NCBI GenBank assembly: GCA_977030845.1
Contig: OZ365117.1
Location: forward strand, 5,828,001-5,892,000
Direction: 5' to 3'
DNA length: 64,000 nt
Source: Fimbriosthenelais zetlandica
Taxonomy: Eukaryota
Numbering within the stretch: the stretch's first letter is position 1; the number at the start of each line of letters is the position of its first letter. A program made the position numbers and the translations under genes. Below the pieces are notes generated by a model. It did not search any database. It had not been told where the DNA came from and worked only from the letters and a program-made list of their open reading frames with translations. Below, piece after piece: positions 33,746 to 46,305 of this stretch.

Positions 33746-35952
33746 CAGCAAAACATCAATGAAGTAAGATGTAATTGTTTTAGACAACCTGAGGTAGGCA
33801 TGGTACAGATGTGGCTTCTTGAAGTTGAAGAACTGGCATTGAGAATTCTTACCTTAAATTACATTAGCCATGAGATAATCCCATCATGCATTGCTACAAC
33901 AAATGAGTGTCCCCGAGCCAAGTTGTTACGTGGCGCGCTATTGGCCACATCAGCCTTGAGCATATTGCTAGCCCCGCAGCCAATGCTACAACACTCGGCA
34001 TCCAATCAGATCCCGTCTATATCATCAGCAGCCAATTAGATTTAATGTGGGTGAACATGTGATAAGTAGTAGCTGGCCACATGTCACATGACCTTCAGGT
34101 CTAATGGTATCAAGTCACGAAACAAAAGGAATCCGCGGGAAAAGGCGGATGGTTAGATTGTTAAACCAAAGTGAAGTTTTCCCTTCCTGGTCCAGACCTG
34201 GTTCTCTCTCTATGGACCTTCTTAATTCTTGCACATATTCTCTGATGGTGCACGAAAAGCATATTTTCTGGGTTGGAATATGGGAAAACTTTGGGTGTTT
34301 CGTTTTTTAAACTTAAGTTTTCCGGACTTGGTCCATGCAGAATTGCTCTCCTTTAAATATACCAAACCTGTTAAATCTTCCACATATTCTCTACTGGTGA
34401 ACGAAAAAGATTTTTTACTGGTTTCATTAAAAATGCGCCAGACATTGATGTTATGCACAAACAAACTTTCTTTGCGATTCCCAAAATAAAAATAAAGAGA
34501 ATGGAGCATTGCACTGGTCCTCCCTACCTATGGGTGAATTACCCACCCCTGTACTTTGTGAGGGGGTATGTAGGGTGGGGGTGGGGGTGAAGGGGTAGTA
34601 TAAATATTAATGTCATCCATGGGCTCTTAGTATCACATGTTGAGGCAGAGCGAGTTAACAAACATCTGGAATAACGCATTCATTCATTATACAGTATTCC
34701 GCCTACCGCCGCCTGTCCGACTTCGATCCCCCCATCTTCTGTATCCATGCCAAGTCACAAACCCCGCTTCCAGTTTCATAGCCGGCATATTCAGCCCAAC
34801 GATTTAGGAATATTTGTCTTTTCCCGTTTCCAACTTATTCTCCAATAAGTGAGCTAAAATGTCATCTCCATGGATACTGTCATTGACCCAATTCACCGGG
34901 GGAGAGAGAGAAAAAAACTGCATGGATAATGTGAGCAATATATATATGTAGGTCAATCAAAATGAGTGCATTTCTCAGCCGTCTTACCTGTTTTGCAGCT
35001 ATTTCTCACTTTAAATTTGATTGCAATATGGAAGAGCATAGAGCTCACTGTCACAAGTAAGCACTGTCATGATATGACTGACAAATATGACGTTAAACCC
35101 CTTTCAACTACAACTATCTCCCTATCTCCCCTTCGACCCTCCAGACGCATTGTGTCGCCATCATGTCGCCGTTGCGACTGCTTCCCAGAATCGCATGTCT
35201 TGGGATGCGACCCCCCCCCCCCCTATATCAGTATAATGATTGGCACCGTCTCTGCTATGTCTACGCCGCTTGTGCATCTACTTTATAGACGCAAACATTT
35301 CCAGGAAAAAGGACATATTTTGCTTTGTTTCTGTCGACGGGAATTTCAAAGACTTGTCAAGGAGCTAGGACATGTTTTGGTTGGTTTCTGCCTTGGCGCG
35401 CTATACAAACCCGGTATAATAATAATTTCAAAGCCTTGCGACGAAGCAATGACACTTTTTACAATTTTCATTTGGATTCTGTTTAGAATTCAAACTAACT
35501 ATTCAGCCTTTGACCTCCTTGAGATAATGTACATTAGTTACTTTACAGGCGGAATGGTAAAATTTCTCCACCACCCAGCCTGGGTACCAAAGCATGCAGA
35601 CGTCAGAAGCATGCAGACAGTGGGAGCATGCAGGCGGTGGAACCATGCAGGCGGTAGAAGCATGCAGACAGTAGAAGCTCCTCCTCGTGTCTGTGACGTA
35701 GTCATGACGTCTTGGACGTCGTCCAGCTGAATGCGTCGCTCTCACGTCCTTGCCGCGTCATCGTCGCACGCACCCCTCATACTCCAATACACCCTTCACC
35801 TCACTGAACACCAATACCGCAGTTACCATGGTAACCCAATCACTGCTGCCAGCACGCTCATATGCAAGATTGACGGAGTTCGTCAGGTACGCTAGGGGAG
35901 TTGGGGGGAGTGGGGGGGGGGGGGGGGGGGAGGTGGTCGTGGGGTTGACTAA

Positions 35953-36250
35953 ATGTGACGTGTTTTCACTAAATGAGTCTAAAGTCGCATCAATGGATTT
36001 TGAGTTAGTTTGAGATTCTTATGGAGAATATTATTAGTTAACAATTTTTCCAAAGTTTTTCAAGTGGTATGGAAGGTTTCTTCTAGAGAATATTACAAGC
36101 GAGAATATTACGAACGTTAAACATTGTATACTTGCCTTAAATGCGAAAATGCTAAAGGAAATAAAGAGCTTGTGTACAAAGTTTTCAGGCCTGTAGCGCT
36201 GAATGGGCTTGTGCGACTTTAGAGTCATTTAATGAAAACACATCACAAAT
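35953..36250. mobile_element. Palindromic MITE family D
   Basis: TIR gtgacgtgttttcactaaatgagtctaaagtcgca / tgcgactttagagtcatttaatgaaaacacatcac. Second copy at 57626-57988. Confidence 0.75.
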
Positions 36251-36832
36251 GTGTAGCCTATGTCGGTGGGTAGGTGAGTGGGTGGGTGGGTGGGGACTTT
36301 GAGAGGTTGGTAGGATTGTGGGTGGGGTGGTGGGGTGCACTGCTGAATGAAGTTTTTTAATGTAAACTTTAGAGAGCTGGATATAAATAGAGCGAAAGAT
36401 GTGAGAAAGAGATCTGGAGAGGGGTGATGGGGGTGATGGGGGTGTGTGAGAAGGGGGTGGTGGTAGGAGGAGGTGGGGTGGGGGGGATGGGAGGGGAGAT
36501 ATACCGATATATATTCACAAACTGCTGATTCAGCAGTTTACCTGTCATACACTTCTCGTGGTATTAGAGGCCTTGTTAGTTGTACTAATTAATGTACATG
36601 ACACGTAATGGGCTTTATAGTGATAGTGACTATTACATAATACCCCCACCCCCTCCCACTCTCCCCCACCCCCACCCCCACCCACTCTCCCCCCCCCCCC
36701 CCCCCCCACCCACTCAACACTGCCTCCTACCCTCCACTCATCACTCTCTATTTGTTCTCATTGATTTATTCTCTCCGTCCATTATGTGTTTGTCTCATAT
36801 TCATGTACCATTTTGGTGTTTTCGTTGTATTA

Positions 36833-36993
36833 AGCCTGGATTTGATGCACTTCTGCGATTCTTTTTGCGACACAAAATGTGTCGCAATGAAAAATGTTGG
36901 CCTACCAGTGAAGTACGGCCTCAATGTCTTGGATACTTCGGCCACAATTTTATGAATTGTCGCAAACAAAATCGCATCAGTGGAGTCCAGGCT
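36833..36993. mobile_element. MITE family B copy with TTA TSD
   Basis: TTA|AGCCTGGA...TCCAGGCT|TTA. Confidence 0.8.
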
Positions 36994-39929
36994 TTAGTTG
37001 TCCATACATAGAGCGGTCACTTTCAGCATTGAATTCCAACATTCCATACACATTGAAATGTGGAATTAACATCCATTCAGCCCTGAAATGCTTTAGCATC
37101 AAGTAGTGTCAATTCTATTGGAACAGGATGGTAACAGAATTCACCTAAAATGGAATTAGACCATCGGTTTAAACTAAAGATGGCGACAAAAATTTAAAAA
37201 AATTTCCCCGCAGCCTTCTCGGCATTCCACTACTCCCAGCATTCCACCACTCTCACTTTGCTCTCAGTCTGACACTCTCTGATTTGATACTTCCTTTAAA
37301 AGTAATCCCTTCACTCCGTGTACAAGCAGCCATATTCAATCAGATGCCTGCCGCATGTCACTATTGGCATTACAAGCCAGCTAAACGCCCGTACTTGATA
37401 GGGATAATAGTCAGTGAGCACTGGACCGCACACACCCACCCGAGCGGAAAACTGATGACCTCTCACCATGAAAAATAGTCCCTTAGTGGTGAAAGTAGAC
37501 CGCAAGTCAGGGATCCTCACTCTCCACCGACATTCTGAGACGCGCGCACAACGACTCGAAGATTCTCCCGCTTTTATGGTTGCCTTTCCCAGCGTTAATT
37601 TGAGGAAATAGCTTCTAATAAACTCCTTAGAATACAGTGTGAGGGAATGATGGATGCGGCATGGCGGTTTCTTACATTGAGAGGTGGTATTGATTTTACT
37701 CCGCCAGTCCGCAAACCCAGTTGATAATCTAGAAATTGATCAATGCTTGACGGAGGAAAAGGAGTAAAAGATGATTTTTGCCGGAATGATGGAATCAGGA
37801 TGTGACGTGATCGCCGATTAAAGCTGCAGTCAGGTTTTACTATTGATTTCTAAGCCGCGCTGAAAAGACTAAGCGTTTCTTAATGTACTTCCACACAACC
37901 CAAGAGAATGGCTCTCAATGCAGTCGCGCCAATGATAAATATTTTTCAGAAAAGCGGCAATAGATTATATACTGTCCTTGTGCTGAATTTATTCTTTATT
38001 AAAGGACACCCAAATATTTCCCAAAATTATCAACACCAGGTCCTCCACATTCCATTATACGAGAATAGCGTATCATAAAGCATTCTGCAGGTGGGTGAAT
38101 TACAAGATTCTCACACGGCTGGCCATGGGCAGCGACATGAGAGGGGGGTTGCAACCTGATATGTGGTCATAGACACTCCGTTGCTTTGGTAACGTGTCAA
38201 CAAAACCAGCTTTGCCCTTCCCAGCGTCCTTCACAACTTCCTCCCTAATGAAAAGGTAACAGAATGTACCGGCTGAACCGTTAGTACGGGTAGCAAAGGT
38301 AGAATGGAACATACCTGTCACTGCTGGCTCGGTGCTTTGATGAGGGTGCTTGAAAGAGCTCCGGGGGTGGGGGGGGGGGGGGGGGGTGAGGGGACTCCAG
38401 TATATATATCAAGATCAGAACTCACCAACACAAATGGCTTTACCTTTCATGTCGGATTCTTTATTTTTTTTTGCGGAGGAATTCCTTTGGGCATGTTCTT
38501 AGCTACTACTTGATATTTTAGGAGTGCGCCTTTTCAAAGCTTTTCCACATGAAATAGTGAATTACACTGACAGTGTAGGGGCCTGAGGCAGTGTAAAGTG
38601 TGGTGTAATATAATGGTAGTTTTGTTTTACCTGTCGGGGGAAGTTGGGTGGGTGTTTAGGGGGTGGGGGTGTCATTGCTTCCTAAAGGTAGCACTGAGGA
38701 AGGATGGGGTGGTTGGGGGTGAGAAGAGTGGGAGGGTGGAGGGTAAGGAAAGTCAAAGACAAGGACATTGCTGTACCTTTGGAGTGGTAGGAGGTGCAGG
38801 GTAAGCAGGTGCAGGTGCTGGGTGGAGATGGTGCATTCGTTACTGAATTTGGTGCTGTGATAAGTTTAGAAAATTCCTTCACGTTTTAAAATTTTAAACG
38901 ATTTTTCTATTTGTACCTGTTCCTTCCAACTACAGCTGTACAAGTATTTTCATCTTATCTATCATTGAATATGTACTTTAAAATTAATTGTAAGGTTTCA
39001 GACCTTCAATACACAAATTGAGAATATATACATCTTTACATACACACAGTTCACAAATAAAAATAAATAATTTTTCTCGGTTGAAGCAGTCCTAGGCAAC
39101 TATATTTCTGAGAAAGGTATCTATAGATAATACAGGGCTAATTCTAGGTACTTTGGATCCATCGGCTGAATTATTGGCCTTCATTGGCACGCTTCCGAAT
39201 GGATCGGGTAGGAAAATGGCACCAGTCATTCCCTGCCTTTTTAACCGACATTCAGCCAATCCATCACTCTAATTTAAACCATCCCCTGCTCTCAATTTTA
39301 CTCTCAAATATCGGCTAATTGTACAAATGACATTGAGAATTTTATCCTCCCCACGGCTCCATATTCATACAAAACATAGAATTACTTTTTCATTAAAAAA
39401 AAAAAAGTTGCTACGCAAGGAGCTTGAGCTTGTCATCGATTGGCCAGCTTTTAGTCACGTGACAGTGAATGGGGGGAGGTGGACGATAATCGGGGATTTG
39501 TAAGCAATCGGTAAACGGAAGTGGGTAGTTAGTTGTCATGGTAACCATTTAATGATGTCAGTAGGTAGTGGCTTTTTCCACAATCCAAAACGCCGGAGAT
39601 GGAGGGATTCGCCTAGTTACATAAAAGGAAAGTGAACATGCTTGTTGGCTTTGAGTTATGAGGTCAAGGATGGTGAAATTTGTCCCCCGTTCTCGGGTTG
39701 TTTTCCAACCGACCCATATTCACCAAGTTTAATTGATCTCTGAGGACTGAACCTGAATAAGTCAGCGATTCCTTTCTTGACCATACCTACCATATAATTA
39801 CACTGTTCCTTAAGTCTAAAGGAAACACATGTTACACATTGTCATTAACCTAGATTTTGTCACTTTCTTTATCGTAAGGTGTAACATTTTCCTAAAATAA
39901 GGTTACAGATAATTGCAACGTAGAATTTA

Positions 39930-40361
39930 CTGTGGAACCTCGCATAACGAGTTCCTCAGTATAGCAAACATGTTATGCCTGGTATTTTGTCATGTTTTAA
40001 TATATTCACTATAGCGGTCACCTCACATAACGGCCATGTTATGCCTGGTACCATTTCTACTGTTTCATGTTTAAATATATTCACTATAGCGGTCACCTCA
40101 CATAACGGCCATGTTATGCCTGGTACCATTTCTACTGTTTCATGTTTAAATATATTCACTATAGCGGTCACCTCACATAACGGCCATGTTATGCCTGGTA
40201 CCATTTCTACTGTTTCATGTTTAAATATATTCACTATAGCGGTCACCTCACATAACGGCCATATTATGCCTGGTACCAATTTTCTACTTCTCCATATTCA
40301 CTAAAGCGGTCACCTCACATAACAGCCAGAAAAGTGTGACCATAATAGTGAGGTTCCACTG
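39930..40361. mobile_element. Tc1/mariner-type MITE with an internal 75-bp tandem array (~4.5 units)
   Basis: TA|CTGTGGAACCTC...GAGGTTCCACTG|TA. The unit recurs at 40041, 40116 and 40191. Related fragments at 43350-43410 and 52809-53035. Confidence 0.85.
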
Positions 40362-40679
40362 TAAATTGGTATTATTCATACCATTCCGCCCACTTTCACT
40401 TGAGACCAGTTATGAATTCTCCTCTGAAACTATCCATAGATAAGGAGCCAGAGTGAACCCTCAGACAATATGTGAGATAAAGCACTGTCTTCCTACACCT
40501 CGATTAGGTATCTGACCCGGGCAAATATTGAGGACGGCCAAATGTCACATTGTTCCTTGTGCTGCCAATTAGTCTCACCCTGTATGGCCATGATAGCGCC
40601 TCTGTTGACAGCCCATTAAACTACGTGATTGATCACTACCCCTCATTATTATACCTTATATAGGTGGTCTCCTTATAAC

Positions 40680-41350
40680 GACCAGTGCTGCTAACTGGGA
40701 TAACTGTGGTGAGAGCCAGTCATGTCTTCCACTGTCTGTGGTGAGAGGCATGTAAAAGGCCAGCCATGTCTCCCACTGTCTGTGTTGAGATGCATGTAAA
40801 AGGCCATCCATGTCTGTGGTGAGAGGCGTGTAAAAGGCCAGCCATGTCTCCCACTGTCTGTGGTGAGAGGCATGTAAAAGGCCATCCATGTCTGTGGTGA
40901 GAGGCATGTAAAAGGCCAGCCATGTCTCCCACTGTCTGTGGTGAGAGGCATGTAAAAGGCCAGCCATGTCTCCCACTGTCTGTGTTGAGATGCATGTAAA
41001 AGGTCAGCCATGTCTCCCACTGTCTGTGGTGAGAGGCATGTAAAAGGCCAGCCATGTCTCCCACTGTCTGTGTTGAGATGCATGTAAAAGGTCAGCCATG
41101 TCTCCCACTGTCTGTGGTGAGAGGCATGTAAAAGGCCAGCCATGTCTCCCACTGTCTGTGTTGAGATGCATGTAAAAGGTCAGCCATGTCTCCCACTGTC
41201 TGTGGTGAGAGGCATGTAAAAGGCCATCCATGTCTGTGGTGAGAGGCGTGTAAAAGGCCAGCCATGTCTCCCACTGTCTGTGGTGAGAGGCATGTAAAGG
41301 AACCATTCTTGCTGTTTGAGAAGAGCATAACATTGTGTGCTGACAGCTTG
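40680..41350 (+). repeat. 44/34-bp minisatellite (~14 units) amplified inside a SINE
   Basis: Unit gtctgtggtgagaggcatgtaaaaggccagccat(+gtctcccact). It is preceded by ccagtgctgctaactgggata (as at 20836) and followed by aaaggaaccattcttgctgtttgagaagag. Confidence 0.9.
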
Positions 41351-43884
41351 TTTCCTCTCATTCTGAGCTAGCTGAAACACAACCTCTCCTCTATGTTAGA
41401 CATTGGCTTGCCATAATTTTTATGGCGTGCCAAACGGGAGTTTAACTCTCTGACCCAGTGAGTTATGGGTTTAATTTTTACATTCTTGAAATGCTTCAAC
41501 ACAAGGTTGCCTCCCATATTTGAACCATTCCCTTTTAGTAGTATCTTCATCGATTACTTCCTCGGATGTTTTTGAATAGTTCCCAGGAAATTGTAATCTT
41601 TCTAAGCTAGCGCAATTTGCGAGAAGCCCCTGCGTTTAGAAATACAAGGGGAGGATAGAACCTTGAAACACTTCATCTCAAAAACTATCCATCGATTTTT
41701 TTTACCCTGATTGCACGGAAGCAGGCACATTCTAAAAGACAATTTTCATGACTCTAAACTCAAATCATTGAGTGGACCTATAAAAAATGGTCTGGAGGGA
41801 GGGAGGGTGGAGGGTGGAGGGAAGCGCGGGGTAACTGCACTGGGAACATGCGCCCTTCATTCAGCAATTACCAGTAGAGTAAAAGCGCGGCGTACTCGTG
41901 TTGCCATGGTTACTGGTACATCTGAGAGACGCGACCATACTGAAAGCATCCAGGTGAGAGGGTACACCCCTCCATGGTTACCATGGCAACCTTTGATGGC
42001 GATTAAGTCTCAGTGAGTGAGGCAAGCTTTCCGTACTCTCCTCCTATACTATATATGTCCTTCTGCTCCACTGACGTTGTCTTTCAGACGACCTTTCCTT
42101 TCTCTTTTCTCTTACTGGCTTCTTTGATTGGCTTCCTTTCCACTGGACTACCTCACTTTCCACTCACTTTCCATTTCTCTCGTGCCCCACTTCCTCTTCC
42201 TCTAGCTTCCGTTGGCTACTGCATTTGACTTTGACAACCCCCCTTTTCCATTTTCTCTGGCTTGCTTCCTGTTCTCTATTCCATTTCCTTTTTGAAAAGA
42301 TACTTCCTCTCCATCTCCAAAACAAAGAGTCTCCCAACCATTTTGATCCCTCCCTTCTTACCCCTACACATCATTTGCTCAGTGCCCAAAAGAAGGGAAG
42401 TGTCCAAACTAAGTTGATCCGAAACCACCATACATTTGTACTGGTTTCGGATCAACTTAGTTTGGAAAGACATGTCCTTCTTTTGATGATTTCCTACAGT
42501 AATTAGCCCCTCCAACAGACCTACTATCATATACTACTACACCTAAAGAGTTCAAGCCCAATCACCGCGCCCCCTGCTATGAAAAAAAAACAAAGCAAAA
42601 AACAAAAAAAAAAACAACACTACAGCAAATAAATGAAGGCCCTCAGTTGGTATGACAGAGTGAACTAATTGTATTAGGCACATCGTCTTGCTTCCCTCTG
42701 ACCTCTGACCTAAATGTTACTGACCCTTTTACGTTGACCTAATGACCTGAAATAGGTCAGTGGCCAGGCCTGTCCCACAAGATGAATTGCTCGCTGGTTG
42801 CACTCAGGACCAGCTCGGTGATTGTACGACCTGCTCATTTGACCTGAGATTAAGGTCTGTTTTTTTGTGAGGGACTTCCCCTTACTGAATGATTGGTAAA
42901 TATTATGCTCGCTGAGCTGTTTTTATACAGTGAGTAACTCATTGTATTAGGGAATGCAATGTATTAGGAGGTCCCCTCCAACTCCCAATCACCCAGGTTT
43001 ACGATCTGGAATAGGATCTCAATGGAATATTGTCAATGCATCTTTCTGAACCGTTTAATAGTTTGATTTATGGGGCAAATCTGGTATAGATAGATTGAAA
43101 TCATTTTGGGGTTTGGTGTGTGAGCGTTGGCTTGTTGGCTAGTTCCTGGGTTCAAATCCTGTGTCTGCCAAGGCATTTTTTCACTCCTTCCTATATCTAA
43201 ACTATACTCTTTACTGTGATACCTTGCAAGGACTTTTTACAAAGGATATTTTTACAAATCTATATTTGTTTTTTCTAAGACTTGATATGTCTATATATTA
43301 TGCAGTTCTTGATCCACTTTAGTGAATACATTTTAACATAAATTAGTAGAAATGGTCCCAGGCATAACAAGTCCGATATGTGAGATATTCGCTATAGTGA
43401 GATGACAATTATTCCAGCAATCCATTGCACATTTTCTCCCGCTCGACTATTTTTCTGTTTCAATATTTCCAGTGCAATATTCCCGCAGGGGAATGCTTTT
43501 TATTACGTCACACCCACCTTATATAACAAGCATTAATGAATACCATTACTGGTATAATAGTAATAGTCCCGTGCCGGCATGGCCAGACTTACGTCTTGTG
43601 ACAACAATCCGCCATGTTTGCTTTTCCACGCTCTCTGTTTACTCTGTAAATGGACGGGCGATAATTGAGGCAAGAAAGCGGACCAACTTCCGCCTCATAA
43701 ACCCCCTCATAAACCTCATTAAAAGACAATCTAATTATACATCTTTATGTGTATGAAATATTCCAAAGTACGTGGGGCTTGGCCAAATCCAAAATGAATG
43801 AATGAATTCAGGGCCAATGAATTTGAGTAAAATGGCAATGATAAAGTGTCTTACCATAGACTAAAAAATGGGATTAATAGCTCC

Positions 43885-44060
43885 GTCGTTTGGCACTCAG
43901 GAACTAGAGGACAGTACTAGGGCTGATCAACCCGGTGTCAGTATAAAGTGACTGGGTGAGGTGCCTAAGAGACACATCATTATAGAAGAGCATTTTGGGC
44001 TCACTGTCACAAGTAGGCACCGTCATGATATAACTGAAAAATTGTTGAAAGTGAAACAAC
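43885..44060 (+). mobile_element. SINE family A, 3' part
   Basis: gggctcactgtcacaagtaggcaccgtcatgatataactgaaaaattgttgaaag tail. Confidence 0.8.
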
Positions 44061-44719
44061 CATAAAGTCACAATCAATGATTTCACCATTAATTTTGAAG
44101 ATTTACGAATTGGCCTGCGTCAAATCCATCCTGTATTTTTAATAATAATAAAAACCAGTTTTTTTAATTTTGTACATGAAATTGCTTGGGGAGCTGGGGT
44201 TGGGTTGGGGGGGGGGGGGGGGGGGTGTTGGGGGAGGCACCCCTGACGCATTGCCCGGTCCAGGTTTATATAGACCTTCCAGCTACGATCAGCTAGAGTG
44301 CAGCCCTCGGCACATAACGACATTATTGCCCTCTGTTGACCAGTGAACCAAACCCTATATTGATAAATGAAGCAGCAGCAATTTACCTTTACTTGAGAAT
44401 TTATCACACGCGATCTAATTAACACCGTCCATGCCGCCTCGTGTTTCCCTCGTCTGACCTTGTACCCCCCCCCCCCCGACCTTGACAGCGAGCGCCACCT
44501 ACACGGTTAACGAGCGAACTCCGTGCTGCACGACACTACATTATGTGATGAGAAAAGATGCATTAAAACCCACCCGTTTCTTAAATAACTAGCGCGTTTA
44601 GTGCAAAATGCGTTAAAATCATGATTGTCAGACCTAAATGTGCCCAAATAATTGAACCCAAGCTGCGGTGCTTAGTTACTCGTTTTTGGTCTATACAGGT
44701 TTGTTTGCCTTAGGTTACT

Positions 44720-44890
44720 TACAAGAGGACAGTACTAGGACTGGTCAGCCTGGTGGCATTATAATGAGACTGGGTGAGGTATCATGCCATGTGACGTGAT
44801 ACCTCAGTGAAGCAGTACTAATAAAAGAGCATAGGGCTCACTGTCACAAATAGGCACCGTCCTGATATAACTGAAAAATTGTTGAAAATT
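44720..44890 (+). mobile_element. SINE family A, 3' part
   Basis: Same core and tail as 28.5 and 43.9 kb. Shorter tail fragments at about 35040-35100 and 57205-57250. Confidence 0.8.
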
Positions 44891-46036
44891 AACCTTAAAC
44901 AACTATACAATAATACCTATAGGAACCATTACCCCCACCCCCCCACCCCCACCCCCCTCACACCCCCACACCACACACCTCCACCACGCACGTGTCTTAC
45001 CATCATCACATATCACATGACTTGATCACATGATACCTGTCCTAATTACAGAATGATGGCCAGTTGCCATCGTCACTGGGGGTCGGGTAGGGTGGGGGGG
45101 GGGGGGGGGGGGATTGGACAGTGTGATGGGCATGGGGGGTCGGGGGGGGGGGGTCGTCGTCCTCGTGTCACGATCTAGGGCCGGTTTACAGTTGCTATGG
45201 AAACTGTTCCATCGTAACGTCATTCATTGTCAATTCAGCAATCGGTGAATCGTTTGACATTTGTAAAGGCCTTGATGGCCAGGCTGAGGTAAATGCTTGC
45301 TGGTATGTACCTGATGATTTTTACTATCTATCCCACTGGAATTTTTATTTTCCTTTGCTGTACCATTTTGTAATGCTTTTCCAGGAGTCCTTAAAAGTCC
45401 ATAATAAATGTTTAAGGGCATTTAAAAACCCTTAAATTTTGTTCTGTATTTAAAGAATCAGTGATTTTGATCAATGTGGACAGACCTGAAAGCGATACTT
45501 AAATTTCACTTGAATGCGATACTTGAATTGGCACTCGCCCACTCGCCAAATGTGAGTTTGACAAATTTAAGGCGAGACATATGGTGTTTAATTTGTTTTT
45601 GACAAGACCAGTACACTATTCAGTTTCAGCCAGAAATAGTCTGGTCTCTACTGGTCCAAAAATATCCATTATGGCGATTATACTGATTTTGACGAGCTTC
45701 GAGCATCTGTCCCTGATCTATCCCTGTTTATACCCCTGTCCTGCTCCATACCCCTGTCCCTATCTCGTCTAATGAGACCCCTCCCTCGCTGCTTCCACCA
45801 CCTCCATTCCATCATCTTCCGACTTGACCTTTGACCTTGAATCATAGGTCAAGGTGCCTGACCTTTCCTTGTCCACCCTTCAACATTCTACCCATGCTTT
45901 CCTCCCCTTTGGGAGGCTGCAGCAGTAAGACTAAAGATGCACCAGCTGTGCATTGTAAAATGAGAATACAATTTGTGATTATTATGGGCAGAAAATGAGC
46001 TGAAAATGTGAGTTTTGTCTTGATTGCGACAATGGA

Positions 46037-46305
46037 AATCAGGGGAAAAACCTGGAAAATGACAGGGAAAACTCAGGGAATTTGAGAAAAACTGGAAAAA
46101 AAATCAGGGAAAACTCAGGGAATTTCAATCCTGACCCGGAACGATAATCTTTCTGAGGTTGACCCGTACAATCCCATGCCCGTCTCTGAAGTTCAGGGTG
46201 CTTCATATGACTGAAACATCTCCTGGAATTTAAGGGCTTATACTCAGGAACAGAAATCAGGGAAAACTCAGGAAATTCTGTTGTCATGAACTACTGGGAA
46301 CCCTG
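46037..46305. mobile_element. CAGGGTTCCCAG-ended element, longest copy
   Basis: Homologous to the 32-33.7 kb fragments and ends in gggaaccctg. Confidence 0.75.

Noticed and set aside
34966-35730. 254-aa ORF on the + strand
   Set aside because: It runs through a SINE tail, a poly-C run and a tandem repeat, with no recognisable domain or splice context.
39956-41380. Repetitive ORFs of 66-153 aa
   Set aside because: Translations of the 75-bp and 44-bp tandem units, open on several frames and strands.
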